Positions 26,607-36,549 of a DNA stretch of 64,000 nt are shown in pieces. The number at the start of each line of letters is the position of its first letter. The first letter of the stretch is position 1. The stretch lies in contig JAITOU010000045.1 of NCBI GenBank assembly GCA_031289755.1, positions 6,411 through 70,410 on the forward strand, written 5' to 3'. The position numbers were made by a program, and so were the translations under genes. The notes below the pieces were generated by a model that was not told the DNA's origin, searched no databases, and worked only from the letters and a program-made list of their open reading frames with translations. This DNA is from Clostridiales bacterium. Its GTDB lineage: Bacteria; Bacillota; Clostridia; Christensenellales; JAISNN01.

Positions 26607-27203
26607 TTATTCGTGTGAAATCGCGGCGGTTTTTTTGGATATCATAATACCGTCGCCCGTGTCGAGAAGCTCCGAAACAAAGCCTTCGGCGTTTTTCATA
26701 TTGTCGATAAAGGCTCTCAGGCTGTTGACAATCGTGCGGTGCTTGTGCCTTATATAATAATCGGAAACATAGCCCTTAAAGAGTACGTTGTCGGCAAAAA
26801 TCACTCCGCCGTCATCGAGCAAATTTATGAGATACGGTCTTAAATGCTCGTATTGTCCCTTCGGGCCGTCGAGAAAAATAAAATCGAATCGGGCGTCCAT
26901 CATAGTTATTATCTCGGTGACGTCGCCTTCTATAAGCCTGACACGCTTAGCAAGACCGGCTTTTTCAAAAAACCTTCCGGCTATCTCGGCAGAGAATGCG
27001 TCGATTTCTATCGTCGTCAAAAAAGCTTCCGGCAAAGACCGAAGCATCAGCGTTCCCGAATAGCCTATTCCCGCTCCGATTTCCAAAATTTTTCGGCACG
27101 GAAAACTCCGTATACACGACAAAAGCACGTCCCTTGTCTCGTCCTTCATGATAGGCACGGACAAATCCATAGCGCAGACTTTTATCTCTTCAACAATATC
27201 CAT
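26607..27203 (-). CDS. Class I SAM-dependent O-methyltransferase (YrrM/TrmR-like)
   Basis: ILEIGAGIGYSG SAM motif, FIFLDGPK, IFADNVLFKG. Start set at ATG 27203 (M13 of the track ORF) because of the promoter geometry upstream. Confidence 0.8.
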   Translation of the reverse strand: MDIVEEIKVCAMDLSVPIMKDETRDVLLSCIRSFPCRKILEIGAGIGYSGTLMLRSLPEAFLTTIEIDAFSAEIAGRFFEKAGLAKRVRLIEGDVTEIITMMDARFDFIFLDGPKGQYEHLRPYLINLLDDGGVIFADNVLFKGYVSDYYIRHKHRTIVNSLRAFIDNMKNAEGFVSELLDTGDGIMISKKTAAISHE

Positions 27204-27210
27204 TTTAAAT

Positions 27211-27239
27211 ATTGTAGCATATACAAGGAAATATTTCAA
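27211..27239 (-). promoter_or_regulatory. Sigma-A-type promoter placed to give a leaderless mRNA for the O-methyltransferase gene
   Basis: Minus sense: TTGAAA (27239-27234), 17-nt spacer, TACAAT (27216-27211), then 7 nt to ATG 27203. No SD. Confidence 0.45.
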
Positions 27240-27400
27240 ACGATTTTGAAGGGGTTAAAAAGGTCGTTAGCTAAGCAAAAAACGCCCGATTGAAGTAAAA
27301 TCACGGCAAAAAGGTATGAGAGTATTCCGGAATAACGGCTTTTAACATAATAATATAGATTACTCTATCGCGTAGAATACTATGCAAAAGCCGTCGTCTA

Positions 27401-28507
27401 CTACTTTTTTACACCGCTGCACGGCGTATTCAGCACGCGGGACTTGTATTCAAAGCTTTTTTCCGAGTCTTTTTTGCTCTCGGATATGCCCGTTTCTATC
27501 ATTATGCCGATGAGCTTTTTAAAAGTAATTCCGTTCTCTGTAAAGAGATAATAAGCAAGCGAACCGGGAACGGTATTGATTTCGTTCAGATATACAAAGC
27601 CGTCGGTTTTGTCTATCAAAAAATCTATTCTTACGCTCCCTTTCATATCCATATGGGAATATACGGCGCGTGTAAAATTCTGTACGGCTTTTTTGATATT
27701 GTTCGGGATTTTGGCGGGATATTCTCTCCTTTGCCCTTTCATGCCATCGCCGCCGCCGCCGTATTTTTCGTCGAAGCTCAAAAACTCCTTCCACGAAACG
27801 GGTCTTTCGCATTCGGACACTATTATATCGCCGCCGTCCCTTACTGCGGCGCAATTTATCTCGGTAAAATCGCTCAAAGCCTTTTCGACTATTATCTTAG
27901 AATCGAATTGCGCGGCGATATCGCACGCGCTTTTAAGCTCGTCGGCGTTGTGAGCGACGCTTATACCTATGCTCGAACCCAAAGAAGCTGGCTTGACAAT
28001 CAAAGGATATTCCAAATCGTTAGGCATTTCGGCTTTGCCGTCTTTTATCACATAATAAGGCAAAATCGGCAGCTTGTTCGCGTATGCAAATTCCTTTGTC
28101 AGCGTCTTGTCCATAAATACGGCAGCCGCCGCCGTACCCGCCGACGTATAAGGTATGCCGTAAAACTCCAAAAGCCCTTGAAGCTGTCCGTTTTCTCCGA
28201 CTCCGCCGTGACAGCATATGAGCGCGCAATCGGCTTTTACATATTTCTTAAAGGACGGACATTTAAAAAATCTTATTCCGCCGTTTACAAATTCCGCCTT
28301 TTTTAAGGCTTTTTTTGCTCCGTCAAAATCCGCGTATGTTTTTAAATCTTCTAACGCCTTTCCCGTATACATTCCGTCCTTTATGTACAGCGGAAAAATA
28401 TCGTATTTTTCCCTGTCAGCGTTTTTTAAAGCCTGCAACGCCGTTATCACCGATATATCATGCTCGCATGATTTTCCGCCGAAGATTACAAGAATATTTT
28501 TTTTCAT
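27401..28507 (-). CDS. ddl: D-alanine--D-alanine ligase
   Basis: 368 aa ATP-grasp. HGGVGENGQLQGLLE, IVKPASLGSSIGI, LNEINTVPGS. Confidence 0.93.
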   Translation of the reverse strand: MKKNILVIFGGKSCEHDISVITALQALKNADREKYDIFPLYIKDGMYTGKALEDLKTYADFDGAKKALKKAEFVNGGIRFFKCPSFKKYVKADCALICCHGGVGENGQLQGLLEFYGIPYTSAGTAAAAVFMDKTLTKEFAYANKLPILPYYVIKDGKAEMPNDLEYPLIVKPASLGSSIGISVAHNADELKSACDIAAQFDSKIIVEKALSDFTEINCAAVRDGGDIIVSECERPVSWKEFLSFDEKYGGGGDGMKGQRREYPAKIPNNIKKAVQNFTRAVYSHMDMKGSVRIDFLIDKTDGFVYLNEINTVPGSLAYYLFTENGITFKKLIGIMIETGISESKKDSEKSFEYKSRVLNTPCSGVKK

Positions 28508-28548
28508 ATCATTCCCTCATTTATTTTTTTACTTACGCCGTTTGTCTT

Positions 28549-30201
28549 TTATTCCATATTGTCCGGCATATCGTTCTCGAACAAAACGACGTCGCCGCTC
28601 TCAAAAATTACATTGAAATCCTTTTTTGCCGCCGCAAGCGACGGATAAGAGAGAATATTCTCGGCGTCAAAACCGACGCTCATCAGCCCTTCTCTTATAT
28701 ATTTGCCGTCCGCACCTATGAGAACGGCTATATCCGCGCTCTCGGCTATCAAACGACCGAATGCGCCGTTTGCCGCCCCGATATTTTTGCCTTGCTCGGC
28801 AAAACCGCAGGTCACTACGATTTTGCGTCCGTCAAACATCTTGAGCGTATCGAGAGCGGCGGCCGCGCCGACGGGATTGCTGTTGTAGGCGTCGTCTATG
28901 ACCGTAACGGAAGTATTCTCGTTTTTGATTATCTCGCATCTGTGCGGAACGGGCTTCAAATCTCCTATCGCCGCCCTTATATCGCTTAGCCCGACGCCCA
29001 AATAATACGCGGCAGCAGCCGCAACGGTGATGTTGACAATATTTGCGCGTCCGATTAACTGCGTTTTGACGGCGATTTTTTTTGACTTTGCCGCTCCGTT
29101 TCCATTACCGCCGCTCCGTGCCGCAAAGCACAAGGTAAATCCGCTGCCGTTTATATCCGAAACGATATCCTGCGCATAACAGCCGAACGTATCCGACGTT
29201 CCCGCCGTCAGACTCTTAGGCTCTTTCAATATATCCAAGCCGCGTATCTCCGCGTCGTCGGCATTAAAGACACACATTCCGCCGTCCGGCAAAGCATAAA
29301 ACAATTCGGATTTTGTTTCTATTATATTGTCCAAGCTCTTAAATGTTTCCGTATGCTGCATGGTTATTCCGCTTATAATGCCTATGTCTGGCTTGACGAT
29401 ATCGCAAAGCTCTTTGATTTCCCCTTTGCGGCGCGCACCCATTTCGGCGATAAATATCTCTTCCGTTCCGTCCAAGCTTTCGACCGACCGCGCTATTCCG
29501 AGCGGCGTATTGAAATTTTTTTCGGTGGCGGCGGTTTTATATTTTGTTGCGAGCATTGCCTGCAAAATGTTTTTTACCGAAGTTTTTGCATAGCTTCCCG
29601 TTATGCCTATCTTGATGAGATTTTTGCAGGACGACAATTTTTTTTGCGCTCTCTTCACATATCTTCCGTTGTTTGCCCTTTCAAGGACGTTGATAGCCGC
29701 CGCAAAAAAAGCATAGTCGGCTATATTCGGTAACGTCAAGAGCGTTGCGGCTATCATATATATTTTGATACCAAAAAGCTCATATATCAAAAAAAACATT
29801 AAGGCGTTTGTTATGTACAAAAATGCAAACAATCTCTTGACGCGCTTTGTAAAGACGAGCGGAGTCTTGGCCTTTTTTCGCATTGCCGCATTATACGGTA
29901 AGGTAAATATAAGCACGGCGGCACAATACGCCGCATAGATATAAAGCTCCGATACGCCGTCACCAAAAATCAACAAGCAAAGACATACCGCCGACAAGAC
30001 GGACAAGACTATAAGCGAAGCCGATTGCTTTTTTAAAAAATTTTTCGCGGCTTTTATCACCTTGTAATTATTTAATTGCAAATATTTTATGTAACCGTGC
30101 GCCGCAGCGGTTATTATGGCGGCGTAAATGAGCGGTATCAAAACCATATTATCTCCCCATATACGGCTTATTATATGCGCCGTCAAAATCAAAGGTGACA
30201 C
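28549..30201 (-). CDS. murF: UDP-MurNAc-tripeptide--D-Ala-D-Ala ligase (MurF) with a transmembrane N-terminal region in place of domain 1
   Basis: Central and C-terminal Mur ligase domains (GITGSYAKTSVK, NFNTPLGIA, EMGARRKGEI, DDAYNSNP). Residues 1-170 are hydrophobic helices. The GTG start overlaps the upstream TAG (TAGTG). Confidence 0.85.
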   Translation of the reverse strand: MSPLILTAHIISRIWGDNMVLIPLIYAAIITAAAHGYIKYLQLNNYKVIKAAKNFLKKQSASLIVLSVLSAVCLCLLIFGDGVSELYIYAAYCAAVLIFTLPYNAAMRKKAKTPLVFTKRVKRLFAFLYITNALMFFLIYELFGIKIYMIAATLLTLPNIADYAFFAAAINVLERANNGRYVKRAQKKLSSCKNLIKIGITGSYAKTSVKNILQAMLATKYKTAATEKNFNTPLGIARSVESLDGTEEIFIAEMGARRKGEIKELCDIVKPDIGIISGITMQHTETFKSLDNIIETKSELFYALPDGGMCVFNADDAEIRGLDILKEPKSLTAGTSDTFGCYAQDIVSDINGSGFTLCFAARSGGNGNGAAKSKKIAVKTQLIGRANIVNITVAAAAAYYLGVGLSDIRAAIGDLKPVPHRCEIIKNENTSVTVIDDAYNSNPVGAAAALDTLKMFDGRKIVVTCGFAEQGKNIGAANGAFGRLIAESADIAVLIGADGKYIREGLMSVGFDAENILSYPSLAAAKKDFNVIFESGDVVLFENDMPDNME

Positions 30202-30968
30202 TATCCGGCGGCAAACGCTTCGAGTATTTTCAAAAATTTGCGCGGCTCGTCAAGGTATGCGAAATGTCCGCAATTTTCAAAGACGATTAGCGCGCTGTCG
30301 GGTATATTTTCATGCAAAATTTTCGCCATATACATAGGAGTTTCCGCGTCGTTCTCGCCCCATATGATAAGCGTAGGGCAACTTATTTTGTACAGATGCG
30401 GAGTAAGGTCAAAATTGACGATATTGACAAAGGTTTTTTTCATAACGGCGGATAGGCTTTTGTAGTCCGCGCTTCCGGCTTTTAGCTCTATGCGGAGCTT
30501 TTTTAAAAGCTTGTACGCATAGACCCTTAAATAATATTTAAAAGTCCTTTTTGGAATAATTCCCGCGCTGTCCACAAGCAAAAGCTTCTTTACCGCACCG
30601 CATCTCCCGTCCGCAAGGCGCATCGCCACCCTGCCGCCGAATGAATGAGCTACCAATACGACGCTGCGCATACCGTAATGCTCTATCAATCTCACTATCG
30701 ATTCGGCATAACCGTCTACCGTCAAAGGCGTTTCCGGCTCGGGCGTTTCGCCGAAGCCGTACAAATCCACAAGAGTCGTTCTGCATTGTCCGCTCATATA
30801 TTCCGCCGCAAAAGCAAAGCTCTTGACCGAACCGCCGAAGCCGTGTAAAAATATTATATCGGTCTCGCCGTTTCCCTTTGTAATGTGATGTATCATAAAA
30901 ACCGCCGTCAAATTTTTTAAAAACCGTCGTGCTAATATATTATGTCGTATCGCCGCATAATTTGACAT
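30201..30968 (-). CDS. Alpha/beta hydrolase
   Basis: FLHGFGGS and the nucleophile elbow AHSFGG. 255 aa. The true start may be M25 (30896), because a terminator hairpin abuts 30968. Confidence 0.8.
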   Translation of the reverse strand: MSNYAAIRHNILARRFLKNLTAVFMIHHITKGNGETDIIFLHGFGGSVKSFAFAAEYMSGQCRTTLVDLYGFGETPEPETPLTVDGYAESIVRLIEHYGMRSVVLVAHSFGGRVAMRLADGRCGAVKKLLLVDSAGIIPKRTFKYYLRVYAYKLLKKLRIELKAGSADYKSLSAVMKKTFVNIVNFDLTPHLYKISCPTLIIWGENDAETPMYMAKILHENIPDSALIVFENCGHFAYLDEPRKFLKILEAFAAG

Positions 30969-30970
30969 AC

Positions 30971-30995
30971 AAAAAAGAACCTAAATATTAGGTTC
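30971..30995 (-). terminator. Rho-independent terminator after rimI
   Basis: Minus sense GAACCTAA, 3-nt loop, TTAGGTTC, followed by TTTTTT. Confidence 0.6.
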
Positions 30996-31048
30996 GATAC
31001 AAAAAGTACATTTGATTAAAATTGCTTAGGCGCAAATTGTTTTCAGGC

Positions 31049-31495
31049 TTACAAAGCCGCCGAATAAATTTCCGCGTCGTATTTGCCTTCATAATACGCA
31101 CGGCGTACGGAGATTTTTTGAAAGCCGTATTTTTCATAGAGTTTTTTGGCGGGCAGGTTGCGGAAATCGACTTCCAAAAAGACTTTTTTTATGCCTTCGT
31201 TTTTTAGCTGTTCAAGAGTATAAGCGAGCAATGCGCTTGCATATCCTTGTCTCCGGCTTTTTTTTGACGCGGCTATTCTCAATATCTCGGCGTCGCCGCA
31301 GACTGCACGGCAAAAAATATATGCCGTCAAACCGTCTTCGGCGAAGACGGCAAAGGCGCGCGCGGTAGGGCTTTTCAATTCTTCGTCAAGCATTCCGACC
31401 GTCCATGCGTCCGAAAAGCTTTCTTTCTCTATCGCAAGGATTTTATCGGAATATCCGTCGGGTATTTTTTTGATTTGTATGCCGTATTTTTTCAT
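31049..31495 (-). CDS. rimI: Ribosomal-protein-alanine N-acetyltransferase (GNAT)
   Basis: GNAT motif A (SRRQGYASALL), immediately downstream of tsaB. Start at ATG 31495 (MKKYG...). Confidence 0.75.
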   Translation of the reverse strand: MKKYGIQIKKIPDGYSDKILAIEKESFSDAWTVGMLDEELKSPTARAFAVFAEDGLTAYIFCRAVCGDAEILRIAASKKSRRQGYASALLAYTLEQLKNEGIKKVFLEVDFRNLPAKKLYEKYGFQKISVRRAYYEGKYDAEIYSAAL

Positions 31496-31539
31496 AGTAT
31501 TACACAATAGCCGATAATCGGGAATAGTTTACAGTATAA

Positions 31540-32142
31540 TTACAGAACAAAGTCTCGGTCGTCTTTTATATCCTTAAAGCTTTGACCGGCTTGTGATTTT
31601 TTCATATAAAAAGGTATCATGAGATTTCCGTAATCCGTTACGGAAATTTTTTCTTTGACGACGGCGACGATATTGTCTATGTAATATTCGTTGTCGTCGC
31701 GTATAATCTTATTGTCATAGCCGTCGGTAAGATTGCGGTCGAGAATAAAATATCTCCTTACACCGTCCTTGACTTCCATAGCGTAATAGTCGTGACCGCT
31801 GTCAATCAGACAAATATATTCGCCGAGAGCCTTTGCGCCGTAGCCCAAAACTTCGAGAGAATTGACCGAAACAAGCTTTTTGCCGTTGGCTCTCGCCATA
31901 GCGGTCAAAGCGCATACTCCGACCCTTATGCCCGTATAAGAACCGGGTCCGATAATGCCTGCGAAAAAATCTATATCGGCGGCATCTATGCCCGCTTCCG
32001 TCAGAAGCTCGTCTATCTTGACAAATAACAGAGTAACGTGTCTCGAATTGCCGCGCAAACTTTTTCTGACGTACATTTTGTCGTCCTTTAAGAGAATTGC
32101 AAGCAAAATCTCGCGTGTGCTGTCTACGATAAGAACATTCAT
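31540..32142 (-). CDS. tsaB: tRNA t6A biosynthesis protein TsaB
   Basis: 200 aa. GPGSYTGIRVG motif. Confidence 0.85.
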   Translation of the reverse strand: MNVLIVDSTREILLAILLKDDKMYVRKSLRGNSRHVTLLFVKIDELLTEAGIDAADIDFFAGIIGPGSYTGIRVGVCALTAMARANGKKLVSVNSLEVLGYGAKALGEYICLIDSGHDYYAMEVKDGVRRYFILDRNLTDGYDNKIIRDDNEYYIDNIVAVVKEKISVTDYGNLMIPFYMKKSQAGQSFKDIKDDRDFVL

Positions 32143-32174
32143 GACTGTCTCCTTAACAAATACCTATGTCCGTT

Positions 32175-33128
32175 TTAAATGCGCGGTTTTGTCATTTTGA
32201 AAGCGCGCCAATCCCCGAGCGCAAGCTCCCCCGCAAGAAGAAAGCCGCTTTTAAGATAACAATCCAAAACCTGCTTTTGTCTTCCGTCCACAACCCCCGA
32301 CAATATCGCCGTGCCGCCGTCTTTTAGACGCGCAAATAAGGCTTCCGCAAGCCGTATGAGAATGTCGGCGGTTATATTCGCCAGGATTATGTCTGCGGCA
32401 GGGTTTTTGCCGAGAGCTTCTTTTAGAAGGTCGGCGCAAAATATCTCGGTTTTGTCTTGAACGTTGTTTTTTTCAGCGTTTTTACGGGCGGTAAGAACAG
32501 ACGTCGGGTCTATGTCGTACAGATATGCCGCCGCCGCGCCGCTAAGCACCGCCGCTATCCCCAAAACGCCGCTGCCGCAGCCTGCGTCGTAAACGGTTTT
32601 GCCGTCCAACGGAGCGTCCTGCATCAATTCTAAGCACATCTTAGTCGTCTCATGCTCCCCCGTTCCGAATGCCATGCCGGGGTCGAGATAGACGGTGACA
32701 AGTCCGTCTTTTTTTTGGTCTTTGAGCCATTCGGGTATGACCTGAATGTTTTTGACTATTATCGGCTTGTAATATTTTTTCCAATTATTTTCCCAATCGG
32801 CATCGTCGATAATCTCCGAAGTGATTTCCAAAGAGCCGCTGTCTGTAAAAGAGCCTTTGATATCGTCCAGACGACGGCGCAATTCTTTGACTCTCATGCC
32901 GTATTCTTCTTCCATAAAAAAGCCCGCGACCTTTACTATGTCGGAAGAGCTTTCGAGAAGCTCCGCGTCTACATAATCCCAATAGAGATTACTCTTCAAA
33001 GCGTCCGTGACGTCTTTTTTGTCGATTATCGAAACGCCCTGACACCCCATCGAAAAGAACGCATCGGAAACGATATCCGCCGCTTCGTGAGTAGTATTGA
33101 CCGTCACTTCAAGCCATCTCATATGCAC
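32175..33128 (-). CDS. prmA: Ribosomal protein L11 methyltransferase
   Basis: 317 aa. PGMAFGTGEHETT and the SAM motif DAGCGSGVLGI. Downstream of dnaJ, as is usual in Firmicutes. Confidence 0.9.
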   Translation of the reverse strand: MHMRWLEVTVNTTHEAADIVSDAFFSMGCQGVSIIDKKDVTDALKSNLYWDYVDAELLESSSDIVKVAGFFMEEEYGMRVKELRRRLDDIKGSFTDSGSLEITSEIIDDADWENNWKKYYKPIIVKNIQVIPEWLKDQKKDGLVTVYLDPGMAFGTGEHETTKMCLELMQDAPLDGKTVYDAGCGSGVLGIAAVLSGAAAAYLYDIDPTSVLTARKNAEKNNVQDKTEIFCADLLKEALGKNPAADIILANITADILIRLAEALFARLKDGGTAILSGVVDGRQKQVLDCYLKSGFLLAGELALGDWRAFKMTKPRI

Positions 33129-33176
33129 TCCCTATCTTAGCCGACAGCGCAATCGTACTACGCGCTTCGGCATACA

Positions 33177-34331
33177 TTAAATATCCTTTATGCTTTCCAA
33201 ATATTCCTTTTGTACGGGATATTGACTCTGACCGAGAGAGCTTTCAAGGCTTCTCAAAGCGTCTTTTTCTTTTGAAGAAAGATTCTTCGGGATTTCCACT
33301 ATGATTTTTACATATAAGTCGCCGCGTGATTCTTTTTTGAAATGCTTGATTCCGTAGCCCTTTATGCGGAATTGCTGTCCCGTCTGCGCCCCTTCCGCGA
33401 TAGTATAAGACACGGGAGCTTCGAGCGTAGGAATATAAATTTTACAGCCCAAAACCGCTTGCGTCATCGTTATAGGCACGTCGATATAAAGGTCCGAACC
33501 CTTTCGGATAAATAATTTGTGCGGCCGCACGTTGATGATAATGATTACGCTGCCCGTCCTGCCGCCGTTTATGCCCGTGTTGCCCTGACTGCTGTATGTC
33601 ATGACCTGACCGTTGTCTATGCCTGCCGGAACGGATACGTTGATTGTCCTAAGTTTTTTTACCCTTCCGTTGCCGCCGCAGGTCTTGCACGGGTCGATTA
33701 TGACCTTTCCGCGTCCGCCGCATTGGTCGCAGGTCTTATTTGTAGACATCTGACCGAAAGGCGTGCTGACCGCCTGCCTTATCGCTCCCGTGCCGCCGCA
33801 TTTGGCGCATTGTTTGACGCCGCCGCTACCCCTTGCGCCCGTGCCGTTACAATCGGAGCAGTTTTCCACTCTGTTGACGGGTATTTCCTTTGTACAACCG
33901 AACGCCGCTTCTTTAAAGGACAAGGTAAGGTTGATAGTAATATCGTCGCCGTCTATTGCGCCGGTATTCGTATGCCGAACGCCGCCGCCCGTAAAGGACG
34001 AAAATATATTTGAAAAAATATCCTCGAAGCCGCCCATTCCGCCGCCGCCGGAGCTTCTCCAAAAGCCCCCCGAATTTCCGCCGCCAAAGGAAGAAGGGTC
34101 GTCGCTGCCGTATTGGTCGTATTGAGCTTTTTTTTGCGTGTCGCCCAAGCAATCGTAAGCTCTCGATATTTCCTTAAATTTCTCTTCGGCGGCTTTTTTT
34201 TCCGCGTCGGATTTGCCCGAATACAAGTCGGGGTGATATTGCTTTGCGAGCCTTCGGTAGGAGCTTTTTATTTCGTCTTCGGATGCGCCCTTAGTGACGC
34301 CGAGTATTTTATAATAATCCTGTTCTGCCAT
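33177..34331 (-). CDS. dnaJ: Molecular chaperone DnaJ
   Basis: J domain with HPD (KQYHPD), a G/F-rich region and four CxxCxGxG zinc motifs. Confidence 0.95.
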   Translation of the reverse strand: MAEQDYYKILGVTKGASEDEIKSSYRRLAKQYHPDLYSGKSDAEKKAAEEKFKEISRAYDCLGDTQKKAQYDQYGSDDPSSFGGGNSGGFWRSSGGGGMGGFEDIFSNIFSSFTGGGVRHTNTGAIDGDDITINLTLSFKEAAFGCTKEIPVNRVENCSDCNGTGARGSGGVKQCAKCGGTGAIRQAVSTPFGQMSTNKTCDQCGGRGKVIIDPCKTCGGNGRVKKLRTINVSVPAGIDNGQVMTYSSQGNTGINGGRTGSVIIIINVRPHKLFIRKGSDLYIDVPITMTQAVLGCKIYIPTLEAPVSYTIAEGAQTGQQFRIKGYGIKHFKKESRGDLYVKIIVEIPKNLSSKEKDALRSLESSLGQSQYPVQKEYLESIKDI

Positions 34332-34644
34332 ATAGTGCCGTTTCCTTCTGCCTTACTTAATACTTAAATATCGCCGCTTGCGCCGCGTATGTTTTTAAAA
34401 CGATAACCGTCAATATTTTTGACGTAAAATAACTTTTTAGCGACTTCATACAAAGCCGCTAAAAGGTATCTTTTTGACTTCTTCAATAATCTATCGGATT
34501 GCATAAGGCAAAGATTTTTTCGTGTATTTTTCGGTATAAAGCGCGAGCGTAGCAGTGCTATGTGTGCGTTTTATAACGGGAAATAGACTGAAAAAGATTG
34601 GCTTAGACGATTGCGAAAGATTACTGAATAAGTCATAGTTAAAA

Positions 34645-36468
34645 TTATTGAATATCGGGTTCGTCGGTATTCCCACCGTCGGCATTGCCGCCTGCGTTTT
34701 CGTCGGGATTTGCGCCGGAGCCGTTAGCCGCTTCCTGTTGATAGAGATTTGTAAATATCGGGTCGGACACCTTGCCCAGCTCTTCGAGAGCGTTTTTGAT
34801 GTCGTCCAGATTGTCGGACTCAACCTTTGTCTTTGTTTCGGCTACGGCGTCCTCTAATTTTTTCTTGTCGTCGGCGGAGATTTTGTCGCCGCTTTCTTTG
34901 ATGAATTTTTCTATGGTAAATATCAGGTTTTCGGCGTCGTTTTTGGCGTCTACTACCTCTTTGCGCTTTTTGTCTTCTTCGGCATATTTCTCGGCCTCCT
35001 TGACCGCCTTATCTATATCGCCGTCCGAAAGATTTGACGATGCCGTGATAGTGATGCTTTGGGTTTTTCCAGTGCCTTTGTCTCTTGCCTTGACGCTGAC
35101 TATGCCGTTCGCGTCGATGTCGAATGTCACTTCTATCTGAGGAATGCCTCTCGGAGCGGGCGGAATGCCGACAAGCTCAAATCTTCCGAGCGTCTTATTG
35201 TCCTTAGAAAACTCTCTTTCGCCCTGTAAAACGTGGATATCAACGGACGGCTGATTGTTGGACGCCGTACTGAATACCTGCGACTTTGTGGTCGGGATAG
35301 TGGTATTGCGCGCTATAAGCTTTGTGCATACGCCGCCGAGCGTCTCGATACCTAATGAGAGCGGCGTAACGTCGAGAAGCAAAACATCCTTGACTTCGCC
35401 GCCGAGAACGCCCGCCTGAATGGCTGCGCCTATCGCCACGCATTCGTCGGGATTGATGCCCTTAAACGGCTCTTTGCCCGTGCTTTTTTTGACGGCGTCG
35501 ATGACCGCCGGGATTCTCGTCGAACCGCCTACCAAGATAACCTTAGATATGTCGTTGACCGAAAGCTTAGAATCCTTTAACGCCTGATTGACCGGTCCGA
35601 CCGTCGCTTGAACCAAATCTTCGGTGAGCGAATCGAATTTTGCTCTCGAAAGGTCCATATCGATATGACGCGGTCCGTCGTTGCCCGCGCTGATAAAAGG
35701 AAGATTGATGTTGGTTTTTAACACGCCCGAAAGCTCAATTTTGGCTTTTTCTGCGGCTTCCTTTATTCTTTGCATAGCCATTTTGTCTTTTGACAAATCT
35801 ATGCCTTCTTTGGCTTTAAATTCCGAAACGATATAATTCATTACTCTGTTGTCAAAATCGTCGCCGCCGAGACGCGTATTGCCGCCCGTAGACAAAACTT
35901 CAAAAACACCGTCGCCTAATTCTAAGACGCTGACGTCGAACGTGCCGCCGCCCAAATCGTATACGAGTATCTTTTCGTTTTTTGAGCCGTCCTTGTCCAG
36001 ACCGTAAGCAAGCGCCGCCGCCGTAGGCTCGTTTATGATACGAAGCACTTCGAGTCCGGCTATTTTTCCGGCGTCCTTAGTCGCCTGTCTTTGGCTGTCC
36101 GAGAAGTATGCCGGAACGGTGATGACCGCTTGGGTGACCTTTTGACCGAGATATTTTTCGGCGTCTTCTTTGAGCTTTGTCAAAATCATCGCGGAAATCT
36201 CCTGCGGCGTATAAGACTTGTCGTTTATTTTTACCTTGAAATTTGTACCCATTTCTCTCTTGATAGAAGAAATGGTGTGGTCGGGGTTTGCGATAGCCTG
36301 TCTTTTTGCTACCTGTCCGACCAATCTCTCTCCGTCCTTTTTAAATCCTACGACTGACGGAGTCGTCCTTGCTCCTTCGGCGTTGGCAATTACCGCCGCT
36401 TCGCCGCCTTCCATAATCGCTACGACCGAATTTGTCGTACCTAAATCGATTCCTATTATTTTTCCCAT
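34645..36468 (-). CDS. dnaK: Molecular chaperone DnaK (Hsp70)
   Basis: [20 protein letters not shown]. 607 aa. Confidence 0.97.
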   Translation of the reverse strand: MGKIIGIDLGTTNSVVAIMEGGEAAVIANAEGARTTPSVVGFKKDGERLVGQVAKRQAIANPDHTISSIKREMGTNFKVKINDKSYTPQEISAMILTKLKEDAEKYLGQKVTQAVITVPAYFSDSQRQATKDAGKIAGLEVLRIINEPTAAALAYGLDKDGSKNEKILVYDLGGGTFDVSVLELGDGVFEVLSTGGNTRLGGDDFDNRVMNYIVSEFKAKEGIDLSKDKMAMQRIKEAAEKAKIELSGVLKTNINLPFISAGNDGPRHIDMDLSRAKFDSLTEDLVQATVGPVNQALKDSKLSVNDISKVILVGGSTRIPAVIDAVKKSTGKEPFKGINPDECVAIGAAIQAGVLGGEVKDVLLLDVTPLSLGIETLGGVCTKLIARNTTIPTTKSQVFSTASNNQPSVDIHVLQGEREFSKDNKTLGRFELVGIPPAPRGIPQIEVTFDIDANGIVSVKARDKGTGKTQSITITASSNLSDGDIDKAVKEAEKYAEEDKKRKEVVDAKNDAENLIFTIEKFIKESGDKISADDKKKLEDAVAETKTKVESDNLDDIKNALEELGKVSDPIFTNLYQQEAANGSGANPDENAGGNADGGNTDEPDIQ

Positions 36469-36549
36469 AATACAATTACTCCTTATTTTTGAATGAAAAT
36501 TCTTTGTTTTTATTATTTATTATATGGATTTTATCCTTTTATATAAATG

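Noticed and set aside
28315-28989. 224-aa plus-strand ORF
   Set aside because: It is antisense to the ddl/murF junction, has no motif and has off-frame-like composition.
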